Assembly: GCA_044440125.1 (NCBI GenBank)
Contig: JBITAJ010000022.1
Location: forward strand, 256,001-320,000
Source: Sedimentisphaeraceae bacterium JB056
Lineage (GTDB): Bacteria; Planctomycetota; Phycisphaerae; Sedimentisphaerales; Sedimentisphaeraceae
Direction of reading: 5' to 3'
DNA length: 64,000 nt
Part shown: piece after piece, positions 20,354 to 31,900 of the stretch
Layout of the letters: every line of letters begins with the position of its first letter
Position numbering within the stretch: the stretch's first letter is position 1
Notes under the pieces: model-generated
What the model was told of the DNA's origin: nothing
Database searches by the model: none
What the model saw: the letters and a program-made list of their open reading frames with translations, nothing else
Translations under genes and position numbers: made by a program

Positions 20354-22348
20354 TCAATTTGACATATCCACACATCCCAATTGAGTAGGATTCGTGCATA
20401 CCAGCCATTGCTGGGCTATTAGAGCCACATCAAGTATATCAACATAACAATCCCTGTTAATATCAGATTTTGCATAACCTGTAAGAGCACAACTGCCATT
20501 AAGATATGATATACTCAGTTCATCAATCAAACCAGAGTAAAATCTCGTATTGAACAAATGTGTTGATCCAAAATATATTCCGGAATCATAGCTTACCGAC
20601 ATTTCAGATATATTTACAATATTACCCGACTGAGAATTAGTGATAGCAACAGCCTTACCATTACCTGCAAAAAACTTCACATGATTCCATTCATCCAAAA
20701 CAATATTCGATAATGAATACGCTGTACTGACTCCATTCTTATGCCAGAGATTAAAATTAATCCTCGCTGTTGAAGCAGATGTAGGAACAAGCCGAAGCTC
20801 AAAAGTACCCGTTGCATAAACAATTGTCTGTTCATACTGAAAGCTGTAGGGCTTTATGTAAAGTTCAATAGCGGCATTTTCTGCATCAGGCCATATATCT
20901 GATGAAAATGCACCGGAATACATCCCATTAAACCACAGGGCTTTGTCACCACTCAAACCACTCACACCCTCTCCATCAGCGGTCAAAGCTGCTCCATAGA
21001 CTCCGGTATTAATCACAGTATAACCAAGTATGAATTTGTGGTTATATTCCGTATTATCAGGAACATAATTTCTTGTCTGGTCAAGATAAGTCATTGTATC
21101 AGTATTATTCATATCCCAATGAGCAACAAGAGTATCCGGCCGCTGAAGTATACTGCTTCCATGAGTAAGCACCGGAGTACCTATATAATCTGTACGGAGC
21201 TTGGAACGGCCTATCGAATTAAGATAATGCACAATAGAAGTCTCATCCGGATATCTCATATTGGCAAGTTCAAAGAATCCTGCCGAAGTTCTGCTGACAT
21301 TCTCACCACAATAGAAACCATCTTTTACACAAGCATCCTCTTCAATATAAAATTCGGCATAATACTTAAATGGCAGGAGAAGATTCTCTCCGCCTGGAGC
21401 TGTATAGCTATAGAAATCAAGACCATTTACATAAGTCATCTCAGCCGAAAGCAGTAATAAATTAAGAGTGAGAGATGAATAAGCAAGCCCATACGGCGTC
21501 CAGTTACCATCATCGTCTGTCTGGACATGACGATATCTGTCTATTATTTCACCATCGTGTACAGGCCACTCAAGAGAATCGTAGTAATACTGCGAATCGC
21601 CTTCCATAAGAATACAGCCTGCTATAAGCTCCACAAGATCGCGGGGATTGTCAGGACTGTCAACAGCATACTGCACAAGCTCTCTGTCCCCTAAAACATA
21701 GCCAATCATCAACAAACCCATTGCATGAGAAGCAAGATGATTCTGATAATACTGACCGCCAAAATAATCATTTATCTCCCATCGATTAATGCCCTCTTCA
21801 ATAACGGCCTGAAGAACTCTAAGCCAGCTTTCAAAATCAGCTTTTATTTCAGGGGTCATAAGCAAATGGTCATACAGCAAATCGTAAGCCCAAATAATCT
21901 GAATAGTACTTCTTGGCACTTCCATACCAGAATTGGCATACCTGACTTCAGGATCAAAATCAGAAGCAGGCAACGGCTCAGCAGTCGACCATGCAGAAAT
22001 ATAGCTTATGGCTTTCTGTGCATAGTTATCGTTACCGGTAGCTAAATATGCAATTGCAAGATTACGTGCAACAGTACCCTGAGTACGGCAGCTTTGATAA
22101 AACTCACTTGAATCACGACCTGTGTATGGATCAGGAGAACTACTCAATCCATTATCAGCAGAAGATTTCAAACTTACGTAAGCACTATACCAAGGCTCCG
22201 CTTCATTTGTAATTCGCTGATTCATAATATCGATATCTGCCTGTTTCATCAGAAGCCTTGGATGGGGCTGGTCTATCTGTGGAACAACTATCTGTGAGTA
22301 AACTGCACTGCAGCAGCAAATTATGAATAAAAATATAATTAAACGCAT
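20354..22348 (-). CDS. Alginate-lyase-like helical domain + LamG-like domain + C-terminal dockerin-like tag
   Basis: Signal peptide; HPRLL, LAIAYLATGNDNYAQKA, YQNHLASH, GEIIDRYR; LamG end FYSGLIDELSIS; tag DINRDCYVDILD...WLVCTNP...C. Confidence 0.75.
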   Translation of the reverse strand: MRLIIFLFIICCCSAVYSQIVVPQIDQPHPRLLMKQADIDIMNQRITNEAEPWYSAYVSLKSSADNGLSSSPDPYTGRDSSEFYQSCRTQGTVARNLAIAYLATGNDNYAQKAISYISAWSTAEPLPASDFDPEVRYANSGMEVPRSTIQIIWAYDLLYDHLLMTPEIKADFESWLRVLQAVIEEGINRWEINDYFGGQYYQNHLASHAMGLLMIGYVLGDRELVQYAVDSPDNPRDLVELIAGCILMEGDSQYYYDSLEWPVHDGEIIDRYRHVQTDDDGNWTPYGLAYSSLTLNLLLLSAEMTYVNGLDFYSYTAPGGENLLLPFKYYAEFYIEEDACVKDGFYCGENVSRTSAGFFELANMRYPDETSIVHYLNSIGRSKLRTDYIGTPVLTHGSSILQRPDTLVAHWDMNNTDTMTYLDQTRNYVPDNTEYNHKFILGYTVINTGVYGAALTADGEGVSGLSGDKALWFNGMYSGAFSSDIWPDAENAAIELYIKPYSFQYEQTIVYATGTFELRLVPTSASTARINFNLWHKNGVSTAYSLSNIVLDEWNHVKFFAGNGKAVAITNSQSGNIVNISEMSVSYDSGIYFGSTHLFNTRFYSGLIDELSISYLNGSCALTGYAKSDINRDCYVDILDVALIAQQWLVCTNPTQLGCVDMSN

Positions 22349-22366
22349 ACTTACCTTTATAGTAAA

Positions 22367-24403
22367 TTATCTCATATCGTTACATTCAAATTGCGATGGA
22401 TCCGAACAATTCAACCATTCGGCAACAATAACAGAAAAATCAATAAGATCAACTTTACAATCACCGTTAATATCAGCAGAAGGTGAATTACACAGAACAC
22501 TTCGACTGAATTCAATATTCTCAAGACTTAAACTTACTGTATCCGTTGTTCCATCATTAAATACAAGGGATATTTCCATACCATCCGCATCACCGGTTTT
22601 GGTAATAACAGGCAATGTGTCATCAGAACTGCTTGCGAATACCAGTACAACAAATTTACCGCTGTAACCGGTTGATGTTATTTTAAGCTGCTTATATGAT
22701 GATTCCTCAGTTATCGACTGCAGAGAAAATGTCTGAGGCCACAAGCACTTAATATCGCATCTGGCCCCCGTTGAAGCTCCTTCGATATAAGAAGTTCTGA
22801 CAAATTCATCAACTACCAGATCATTGGAATAATCCGTCGTCAAACGCCACTGAAAATTCTTCACAGCAGTCTCATTAATCTCAAAATCATCTGTAATAAT
22901 TAAATACGGCTGATTACCTCTTACATACAAAAGCTGTCTTATAGCTTTCTTGGCATCGACCATATCAACATAGGCATCCGCCGCATCACCTTTAATATAT
23001 GTAGCGTCACCTTTTTCGATAAAGCTTATTATCTGGCCTGTTACTGCCGAACCTGGGGCATACCAGTCCTGCCCATCATCATCCACTGTAACAGCATTGT
23101 GATACGGAGTTTCATATAATCCCGCTCCGGGATCAATTGCAAATTTTTCACCCTTAGCAAAAAAGGTAAAACTGTTTATATCACCATGACTCCAGCAGCC
23201 AGGCCAGTTAAAGCCCGAAGTGAATGTCGCAAAACTATCACCACTATCCCAACCATCACGCAGAGACACCTGTCCTCTCTGGAAATACTTATAGTTACCA
23301 AGCTGTGCATCAACAGGCGATTGCGGCTGCAACTGTTGATCTTCCCATAATATAACATAAGGCAAACTTGCTCCTGAACCAAGCCATGTACTCTGGCCGT
23401 AACTGCCGTCACCACTGCTTCCAACCATTCTGTCCCAACCCCATAATCCCAGAGAATCCTGATTTCTCGCTATCAGATACATAATTCCTCCGGCAGGCTT
23501 CATCACATTTCCCGACTGATTAAGTATTACTCCTTCAGAACCCCACGGCAAAAGCTGCCACATATAATACTGGGGAATTAAAGCAGTAATTGGTTTTCCC
23601 GCAACAATATCTATTCCACCACTGCATTTCAAAGCATCAGCAAACGGCACAGCCCCCTGCAATCCGTAAGCAAGGTAAGTCATACCTTCATAAGCACATC
23701 CCGTTGAATCAACAGCATAATCAAAATAAGAACTGATCTTATCTGTTGCTCTCTGTGCCCAGGTTGCCGGTGCACTGTCACCAAGTACAAGTCCGCACAG
23801 TCCCATTCCGCCATGAGCCACAGCCTGATGATTCCACGCTAAACGACGAGGCTCGTCAAGACCATAATAATCCCATAACGACTGTTCATAAAGCTGCTGG
23901 CCAAAACTGTATATCTCAGCCTCTATCAATGCTTTCTGCTGTTCAGTCATATAAGGTTCAAGCCAATCATAAGCAACAGCGTATGCATGTGCCATATCAC
24001 CAACAGCTAAGTGATCGTTAAACCCAAGGAATGTATTCACATCAGACTGCTCGGCAACAGCACATATAAGCTCAACGGCTTTATCCGTATATTGTGTGTC
24101 TTCTGTAAGGATACCGGTTAAAGCAAGATTAAGCAACTGAACAGATGCCGCCCTGCCGCTTATAGCATCAGTAAAATTATAAGGAGAAGTTGAAAGAGTA
24201 AGATATGAATCAGCCCTTGCTTTCATTAATTGAAATGCCTGCTCACTCCTGCCAGCAGTAATCTTCTGCTGCAGTAAAGGTATATCTTCAGCACTAAAAA
24301 ATAACGAAGGATGCGTCCCATTACACAATTGCGGTAATAAACACAAAACAGTAATTAATAAAGTCTGATACTTCATAGTTCTTATTATAATATTAAAGTT
24401 CAT
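22367..24403 (-). CDS. Heparinase II/III-type polysaccharide lyase with a C-terminal dockerin-like tag
   Basis: Signal peptide (start may be ATG 24376); HPSLFF, WNHQAV, YEGMTY, HGDINSF, IDPG, HNAVTVD; tag DINGDCKVDLID...WLNCSDP...C. Confidence 0.8.
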   Translation of the reverse strand: MNFNIIIRTMKYQTLLITVLCLLPQLCNGTHPSLFFSAEDIPLLQQKITAGRSEQAFQLMKARADSYLTLSTSPYNFTDAISGRAASVQLLNLALTGILTEDTQYTDKAVELICAVAEQSDVNTFLGFNDHLAVGDMAHAYAVAYDWLEPYMTEQQKALIEAEIYSFGQQLYEQSLWDYYGLDEPRRLAWNHQAVAHGGMGLCGLVLGDSAPATWAQRATDKISSYFDYAVDSTGCAYEGMTYLAYGLQGAVPFADALKCSGGIDIVAGKPITALIPQYYMWQLLPWGSEGVILNQSGNVMKPAGGIMYLIARNQDSLGLWGWDRMVGSSGDGSYGQSTWLGSGASLPYVILWEDQQLQPQSPVDAQLGNYKYFQRGQVSLRDGWDSGDSFATFTSGFNWPGCWSHGDINSFTFFAKGEKFAIDPGAGLYETPYHNAVTVDDDGQDWYAPGSAVTGQIISFIEKGDATYIKGDAADAYVDMVDAKKAIRQLLYVRGNQPYLIITDDFEINETAVKNFQWRLTTDYSNDLVVDEFVRTSYIEGASTGARCDIKCLWPQTFSLQSITEESSYKQLKITSTGYSGKFVVLVFASSSDDTLPVITKTGDADGMEISLVFNDGTTDTVSLSLENIEFSRSVLCNSPSADINGDCKVDLIDFSVIVAEWLNCSDPSQFECNDMR

Positions 24404-25751
24404 TTTTACCCCAAGCTATTAACCAACTCAGATTAGGACGGTGTACAGGATAAAGGCTTACATCACCTCTATTATACCCTTCTCTTTTCAAAACAGAGAG
24501 GAAAATATCCCTTTCTTCAGGATAATGCAGTAATCCAAGTTCGTAGACTTCCGCAAAATCAGACGACATCTTACTCCATATATAGTATCCACCGTTAACG
24601 GCGTTACTGCCTGTTAGTACAAAATCCTGATAGAACTTGAACGGCAGCAAGAGACTTTCTCCATCAGCACCGGTATATTTATAAAAATCTACATTGTTTT
24701 GGTAAGCCAATTCCGCACAAAGCAGTAACATCCTAAAACCATGCTGGCTGTATCCAAGCCCGCTTCCCTCAACAGTACGATATCTGTCATATATCTCACC
24801 TGTCTGCGGCGGCATGGTATGCCAATTTGTCACTGATATATCTTTACCCTTCTTCTTGCCTATCTGTATAACTCTTTCCAAGTCGAACTTTACATAATCA
24901 GTATCTCCGGCAACATGAACAGCTCCATCTATCATTTCCTTAAGATCTCTCGGATTATCCTCGCTGTCAAGACAGTACTGCACCAACTCTCTATCTCCAA
25001 GAACATAACCTATCTCTAGTAAACCCATAAGGTGCTCACCAACATGATTCTGATAGTTCTGGGAACCAAAATATCTATCCTTTGGATTCTCTGTCTCTAT
25101 CCAACCGGTAGGACTCACATTTGTGCCTACACTTTTATAAGGTGTATCCCAACGCTTCATATCTTCTTTAATCAATTTGGCAAGTTCATGCAGCCATCGC
25201 TTGACAGTATCGTTATCCTTTTTTGAAAAATCCGGTTCAGAAGCAAGAAGATCATATGCAAGAATAAGTCCGGATGTTCCGCAGACAATAAATAACCCTC
25301 GATCAGAAAAACTATGAGTGATATTTTCATCTACATTTGCAAATGGCAGAGGAAAATTATCAGGTCGTGCAAGAATAAACTCAATGGCTTTCTTCTTATA
25401 CTTATCTTTCCCAGTGACATGATAGGCTATAGCCAGACAAACAGCGGCTTTACTGTCGTTATTAGCAGATATTCTCCAAAGATCAGCTCTGTTTCCAGCA
25501 TACGGTTCAACGGGTGCCTGTAAATCCGATTCTGCCGTTGCTATCATTTTACATAATGCGGTATAGACAGGATCAACTTTTTCGTTATAAGATTTACGCA
25601 AAAAAGACAACCGTTGTGAGGATATCCAGAGTCTTGGATGCTGTTTTGCTATCTGCTCGACAACCAGCCTGCTGTCATTGGACGCAACAAGCATATCACC
25701 GTTTACACTACAACCGCTCAAGAAAACTATTATCGTCAATAAATACTTCAT
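24393..25751 (-). CDS. Alginate-lyase-like helical enzyme, probable lipoprotein
   Basis: LSGC lipobox; HPRLW, LAIAYHVTGKDKYKKKA, YQNHVGEH and GEIYDRYR motifs; paralog of the 20354 and 28943 catalytic domains. Confidence 0.7.
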   Translation of the reverse strand: MKYLLTIIVFLSGCSVNGDMLVASNDSRLVVEQIAKQHPRLWISSQRLSFLRKSYNEKVDPVYTALCKMIATAESDLQAPVEPYAGNRADLWRISANNDSKAAVCLAIAYHVTGKDKYKKKAIEFILARPDNFPLPFANVDENITHSFSDRGLFIVCGTSGLILAYDLLASEPDFSKKDNDTVKRWLHELAKLIKEDMKRWDTPYKSVGTNVSPTGWIETENPKDRYFGSQNYQNHVGEHLMGLLEIGYVLGDRELVQYCLDSEDNPRDLKEMIDGAVHVAGDTDYVKFDLERVIQIGKKKGKDISVTNWHTMPPQTGEIYDRYRTVEGSGLGYSQHGFRMLLLCAELAYQNNVDFYKYTGADGESLLLPFKFYQDFVLTGSNAVNGGYYIWSKMSSDFAEVYELGLLHYPEERDIFLSVLKREGYNRGDVSLYPVHRPNLSWLIAWGKNEL

Positions 25752-25763
25752 CAATCTTTGATC

Positions 25764-27371
25764 TTATTTAACATTTCCAAATTCAAACATAGCTGCGGCC
25801 GTACCGGTAGTACAATTTATCCAGTAATCCCTTTCCAATGTCGTAAGATATGTGAGGTATTCACCATTGTGGTATTTTTCCTGGACATACACCACATTAT
25901 TGGCCAAATCTTTTGCTTTCGCCAGATATATCCGGTCTCCTGTTACTTCATAAGCCTTTTTCAATACGAGGACGAAATTAGTCGAAGCCCCTCCTACCGG
26001 CTGCCAAAACAGATACTGCTCGCCAACACACGGCAGCACCCATTTATCCGTTGCATAATATTCTGCCGGAAACAGAGCATTATCCCAGTTCCTGTTCGAA
26101 TCAGAAGGCGGATCGGACCAAACCACGAATTGATCCTCCACATATCGTATCAACTCGCGGGCCAACTCAATATATGATGGGTTTCTATCGGCATTTTGCA
26201 AAAGATATATCGCAAACAAACACGGTTCAACGTGCGAGAGGTTTCTGTAGGGCTTATCCGGCGGGCTATCCTCGAACTGGTTCTGCCAATTGAATGTCTT
26301 CATAGGATTATCAAACGTCCACTTTATCGCCTTGTCAACGACCGACTGCAAATCAGTCCTACCGTATTTCTTTATAAACGTATCGAGATAGTTTATAATT
26401 AACGGCGGATTGATAAGATTATCATTGATCGGCTTTCCCGTTTTTACGTCAACGACCAGATACCATGTACCGCTGTCAAGTTGAAGCCTCTTGAACCCAT
26501 CGGCTATTCTTTCGGCGGCATCAAAGTATTTCTTATCACCGGTAATTTCAAACAAACCAAGATACGCTTGTCCGACATCAGCGCCGTACATGAACATACA
26601 CTTGTCAACATTCATATGACCCTCTGCCTCCATCTTGTCGTAGGTAGGAGGAAAATATTCAAGCGGAGAACCTGCAGGGTAGTGTCTTGTGAGTAGATAA
26701 TCTGCGGCGGCAACGCCTATCTTGAGAACTTCATCGGCATCAGCCGGTTTGGGCTTGATACGTGCATAAACAACGGCACCTTCAATCACCCCGCCTATCA
26801 TCTTGGCGGCATATCTGTACCTGTAATGATATTCAGGGTCGGGCTCGCCAGTTTCAAGCCATTTCCGCACAAAGCTTTTCTGATAAAGCTTCTGCAAGGC
26901 CTTCTGTGCACTAGCAGCATAATCATAATCTTCTCTGTACGGCCCATTATAAACAGCCGCCTTTCGTGATTTTTTCTCCCCGCTTAGACCTATAACTTCA
27001 CCATCTTCTCCGATAGCCTCTACTTTCAGCGTAAAGTCTCCAACTGGCATTTTCTGCCATACCGGTGTGAGCAGAGCATCGGGTCTCTGTGCCGTAAAAA
27101 CAAACTCGCCGCCTTTTGATGATTTCGCAGTAAACCTGTAACAGGCTGCGTTATCGACTGTATCAAAATCAAATGCGGGGACATTCATAAACCGAAATGC
27201 GTATTCATTCCAAAACGGCCTAACACCCTGTACGCCGTTACGCACCGGTATCATACTCTCTGCCACCGCCTGATCATGTAACTGCATCATATCAACCTCA
27301 CATTCTTTACAAGTACCGGCCATTACACTCATAACCGAACATAGTAAAATTAACAATTTCATCTTCAACAT
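25764..27371 (-). CDS. Secreted hypothetical protein with (alpha/alpha)n-barrel repeats, possible glycosidase or lyase
   Basis: Signal peptide; repeats LFEITGDKKYFDAAERIAD and AYEVTGDRIYLAKAKDLAN. Start at 27371 or 27383. Confidence 0.55.
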   Translation of the reverse strand: MLKMKLLILLCSVMSVMAGTCKECEVDMMQLHDQAVAESMIPVRNGVQGVRPFWNEYAFRFMNVPAFDFDTVDNAACYRFTAKSSKGGEFVFTAQRPDALLTPVWQKMPVGDFTLKVEAIGEDGEVIGLSGEKKSRKAAVYNGPYREDYDYAASAQKALQKLYQKSFVRKWLETGEPDPEYHYRYRYAAKMIGGVIEGAVVYARIKPKPADADEVLKIGVAAADYLLTRHYPAGSPLEYFPPTYDKMEAEGHMNVDKCMFMYGADVGQAYLGLFEITGDKKYFDAAERIADGFKRLQLDSGTWYLVVDVKTGKPINDNLINPPLIINYLDTFIKKYGRTDLQSVVDKAIKWTFDNPMKTFNWQNQFEDSPPDKPYRNLSHVEPCLFAIYLLQNADRNPSYIELARELIRYVEDQFVVWSDPPSDSNRNWDNALFPAEYYATDKWVLPCVGEQYLFWQPVGGASTNFVLVLKKAYEVTGDRIYLAKAKDLANNVVYVQEKYHNGEYLTYLTTLERDYWINCTTGTAAAMFEFGNVK

Positions 27372-27379
27372 TCTTCCTC

Positions 27380-28903
27380 TCATTTCAATATATCTATTGG
27401 CATCGTATTCGGACAGGTCATAATTCCGGTATCACCTTTTGCCCAGAAACCTATTGTTTCTCTATTCATAAGCTTTTTGAGAATGTATTTACCATCCCAA
27501 AACTTATCCTCAAACTTTTCAAGCCACTGTTGAGTTTTCGCCTCAAGCTCGGCTTTGACTTCCTCATAATCTGGATCATCAAACCTGTTAGTAAGTTCGT
27601 AAGGGTCTTTCTTTCTGTCATACAAAACATTTGCTGATTCTGAAAAGTCATTATCTTTCTGCCCTTGCGGCACATAAACCACTCCTCGGGCATATGTATA
27701 TCGCTTTGTGTACACACCACGCCATGCCGGAGCAAAATACATCAGCGGTATAGAATCCACACCATCATCATTGCCTCTGATTATATCATCAGCAAAACTG
27801 ACACCCTGAACCGTCTCAGGTGGATTTATATCAAGCAAACTGAGAGTTGTCGGCATTATATCCATTGCACCAAGCAAAGTTTCAGTGCTTGTATTTTCCC
27901 TTATAGAGCCAGGCATTTTCAGAATAAACGGCACACCAACAGATTCAACTTCAGGACAGCTCTTAGGTCCGCACCTTTTATTTGAACGAAGCATATCGCC
28001 ATGATCTGCGGTAAATATAATAAGGGTATTGTCATAGAGACCAAGTTCCTTAAGTTTCCTGACAAGCTCACCAAAAGCCTTATCAACACCTGTTATCATC
28101 GCCATATGCCCATGATAGGCTTGTCTGATTTGCGGCGTATCCTCTGCGTTAGGACGAAGCTTTATCGCAGCCGGATCATAGAGATCAAGCAGCTCTTTTG
28201 TTGCCCCGTCGAGATATGTAGAAGGATAATTATCCGCACCTACATTATGAGGAGGATGCCAGGAAACAAACGCCGCAAAAGGCTTATCGGCATTTTTCTC
28301 GATAAATTCACAAGCCTGCTGAGTCTGTCCATAAGGCTCCCACTTATCGAAATACACCTTCTTGCCATTCTCATCAAAATAGAAACACTTTTCAGGCTGA
28401 TAATTTAAATGGCAGTTATTGCTTTTAAATACATCAAAGCCGTGCCTGCGTTTGCCTGCGGGGATTGCCCTGTCTCTGTCGCCACCGTAAAGATGCCACT
28501 TTCCAAAATAACCTGTGGAATAGCCTTCTCTTTTTAGAAGCTCGCCAAAACTGTTTCCGCCTGTATCAAGAAGCTGAATATCATTACTGAAACAACCATT
28601 ATACAAAGGATGCCTGCCTGTAAAGAGCATGCCGCGATAAGGCGTACAGACAGGCTGCGATGATACACAATTCTCAAAACGTATAGAATCCTTGGCGAAA
28701 GCATCTATATTCGGCGATATTACCTGACTGTTGCCATAGCAGCCAAGCATATCTCTGCTGTGCTGATCGGAAAAAACAAAAAGTAAATTTGGCTTTGCTG
28801 CAGACTTTGAAATATCAGTACTCTTACAGCCAAAAGTTAAACCGGCAGTTGCAGCAACTACTGAACCTTTAAGAAATTTCCTTCTGTTAATCTTACTATT
28901 CAC
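27380..28903 (-). CDS. Sulfatase (S1, Cys-type) with a Tat/lipoprotein signal
   Basis: NRRKFLK twin-arginine motif; KPNLLFVFSDQH, CTPYRGMLFTG, GKWHL and TADHG motifs. Confidence 0.92.
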   Translation of the reverse strand: MNSKINRRKFLKGSVVAATAGLTFGCKSTDISKSAAKPNLLFVFSDQHSRDMLGCYGNSQVISPNIDAFAKDSIRFENCVSSQPVCTPYRGMLFTGRHPLYNGCFSNDIQLLDTGGNSFGELLKREGYSTGYFGKWHLYGGDRDRAIPAGKRRHGFDVFKSNNCHLNYQPEKCFYFDENGKKVYFDKWEPYGQTQQACEFIEKNADKPFAAFVSWHPPHNVGADNYPSTYLDGATKELLDLYDPAAIKLRPNAEDTPQIRQAYHGHMAMITGVDKAFGELVRKLKELGLYDNTLIIFTADHGDMLRSNKRCGPKSCPEVESVGVPFILKMPGSIRENTSTETLLGAMDIMPTTLSLLDINPPETVQGVSFADDIIRGNDDGVDSIPLMYFAPAWRGVYTKRYTYARGVVYVPQGQKDNDFSESANVLYDRKKDPYELTNRFDDPDYEEVKAELEAKTQQWLEKFEDKFWDGKYILKKLMNRETIGFWAKGDTGIMTCPNTMPIDILK

Positions 28904-28942
28904 AATTATAATTCTTACCGTCCATTGATTTCATTACATCAC

Positions 28943-31900
28943 TTATTCAAAACACTTAAAATCAAAACAGTCTATAGCACCGGTAAACGCTCTGGATTGA
29001 TAGTATGCTACTCCAAGATACAAGGTGTCATGATTAGACTCATTAATATCACCAGAATATGTATTAGTCGTACCTGATGTCCCATCAACACTTATTGAAA
29101 TATCACCATCAACAGCCGCTACTTTTATATGCTGCCAATCATTCAGTGTACATTGAACCGAAGAAACATTTTTCACAGTCCCGTCTGCCTGATAGACATA
29201 GAAATAAAGCTTTGAATCAGTCTTCAGTCTTATTTCCCATGAAGTTGTTACTGCGGCAATTGTCTGTTCAGCCGAATTACTCGAAGGATACAGATCAAAT
29301 TCGATAATAAACTCGTCATAATCATTCCAGAAATCTTCACAGTAAGCCATATCACCACCATCAAATGACAATGCCTGAACTGAATCAACGACACCTACAG
29401 TAGGAACCCATGAACTCGAAGGACTTGAGCTTCTCTGCCCTAAGACAAGCACCTGATCAATAACCGGTGCAAACATGCGTTCACCAAATACGGCATACCT
29501 TGAAGAGCCGTAATGATCAACAGTATCATCATATGATGTCATATTCCAGAGAGCCGCTCTATTATCAGTAAGATCAATGATCTCAAATTTATCTACAGCA
29601 CCTGTAAACATTCTTGTTTCTGAACTTGAAGAGCCAAGATAAAACAACCTGTTGTAGCTCTGACTCACATACCCGCCATAACTAACTGATGTACCATCTG
29701 TCCCATCAATATTAACTGTTATCATTCCATCTTCCACAGTTGCAATACAATGGTGCCAATCCAGCAATGTGTAACTTGGAGAAACTGCCGTTTTAACTCC
29801 TTCGGGCGTATATAAATACATATACATTACCCCGCCACCACGATGGCGAAGCTCAAAACTGCTGTTTACATAAGCAATCGTCTGATCGCCCGAAATTTCA
29901 GGATAAAAATCAAACTCTACCCTGAACTCATCCGACTCCGGCCACATACATTCCGAATAAGCCGTATCACCACCATCAAACACAAGCGACACTACAGAAT
30001 CTACTGTTGCTATACCAGGCTCCTTTGTCGAATTAGGGCTGCTGCTTCGCTGCCCGAGGATCAGATCATGATTCGGGTATTGAAGGTATTTATCACTTCC
30101 CCTCATAGAATTACGTTGATTACCGTAAATATCAATTCGCTGCTCAGACGTCTGCATAGTCCAGTACATCATAGTCGTATGATACTCAAGATCTTTAATC
30201 TTTATATCAGACAGATATCCATAGAAAGGCCTTGTCTCACCATAACAGTTTCCCATATACACAACTCTGTGGTGCGACTGTTTTACATATCCGCTGTAAG
30301 TTGCCGCAGTCCCCAATGAACCATCAACTGCGACATCAAATACTCCATCAGAAACAGTAATAACTGCGTTATGCCACTGATTGAGACTGTAAGATGGTGA
30401 CGATGTACTTACAGTACCCGAACCATCATAAATATATGCATAGAGCTTATTATCAGAACGATGCCTTATCTCAAAAGCCTCTGTAACAAATACCAATGTC
30501 TGATCACTTGAACTTCGGGGATAAAAGTCAAATTCTACGCGGAAATTATTCAACTCCGGCCATCCGGATTCTGCATACGCTATATCGTTACCGTCAAAAC
30601 TTATGTAATCAGGACTGCCCTGCACAAAACTTGGACTTTTGCCGCTATCGGGACTGGAGCTTCTTTGACCAAGAATCAAATCACTGCCCCTGTCTCCGAC
30701 AAGACCATCCTGATCCTCTATCGCAGTTCTGCTGTTGCTGTATATATCCGTCACAGTAACGGTTGCTTCAAGATTATAAGCGAGTACAAGAGGCTCATCT
30801 ATATTCTGAACAAAGATATTTGCAAGTCCGCCATCCAATGGTCTTACTCCAAGATACGCACTTCCAACATATATTGCGGCATGATGACATTCATTAATTT
30901 GCCCGCTGTAAGTAACAGTAGTATCAAATTCATCATCTGCTGTAATTTTAACATTTCCGGATGAAGCATTTGCTGAAACATGTATCCACTGACCAGAGGT
31001 TATTGCCCTCGTTTTTGCACTAACAGTACCATTAATATCATAAACGTAAAAATAGAGTTTCTGATCCGATGTCCTGAATCTTATCTCCCAACTGCTTGTA
31101 ACTGCGATTAAAGTCTGGTCGGAAGTAGTATCCCTGATATAACAATCAAGATCAATTTCAACCTGATCCTGGTTCTCCCATGCGGTATTTGAATACGCAG
31201 TATCACTTCCATCGAAATCCAACGCCCCAACACCGCCTAAGGTTGATATTGAAGGCTCCCATGATGAATCGGCACTTGAACTTCTCTGCCCCAGAACCAA
31301 ATCATTGTCACGGTTTATCACAATATTATCTGAATCAGCTATAATATTTCTCGTATTGTTGTAATTATCCATTCCTGTTGTTATTGTCGTAGAACTCCAA
31401 TCAGCAATAAGCGGTCTTGCAGGTCGACTGTGGGTTAATACCCCATTGTAACCGTTAATTTCACCCTCGGCCACATTTCGGTTGCACTCTTTCAACACTT
31501 TCTCTATCTCAGGCGTATTGGGATACCTGAGATTGGCATATTCATAAAGAGATACCGAACTCAAATGCAAAATACCGTCAGTATAATACCCACCTTTAAT
31601 GGTGGTATCATTCTCTATAAGAAAATCAGAATAATACTGAAACGCTAATTTAAGATTCTCGTTATAAGGTCCTGTATAACTATAAAGATCAAGACCATTA
31701 TTGTAAGCCATTTCGCAGATGTAAGTAAGCAGCTTTGTATGAAAATAACAATAATTCAAACCCATATTCAAATTAGGATCAGATGAATAAGGACTTACAA
31801 CCCTGTATCTGTCATAAATCTCTCCGTTAGAAACATTGTCTGGATCAGGATCTGCGGTATAACATTGAGAGGTTCCTTTAGCACTCATCAATATAGTACC

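Noticed and set aside
28943..31420. Periodic DNA similarity suggesting a repeat array or CRISPR
   Set aside because: The period is ~615 bp and in frame within a CDS, so these are protein domain repeats. No short repeat-spacer array was seen anywhere in the window.
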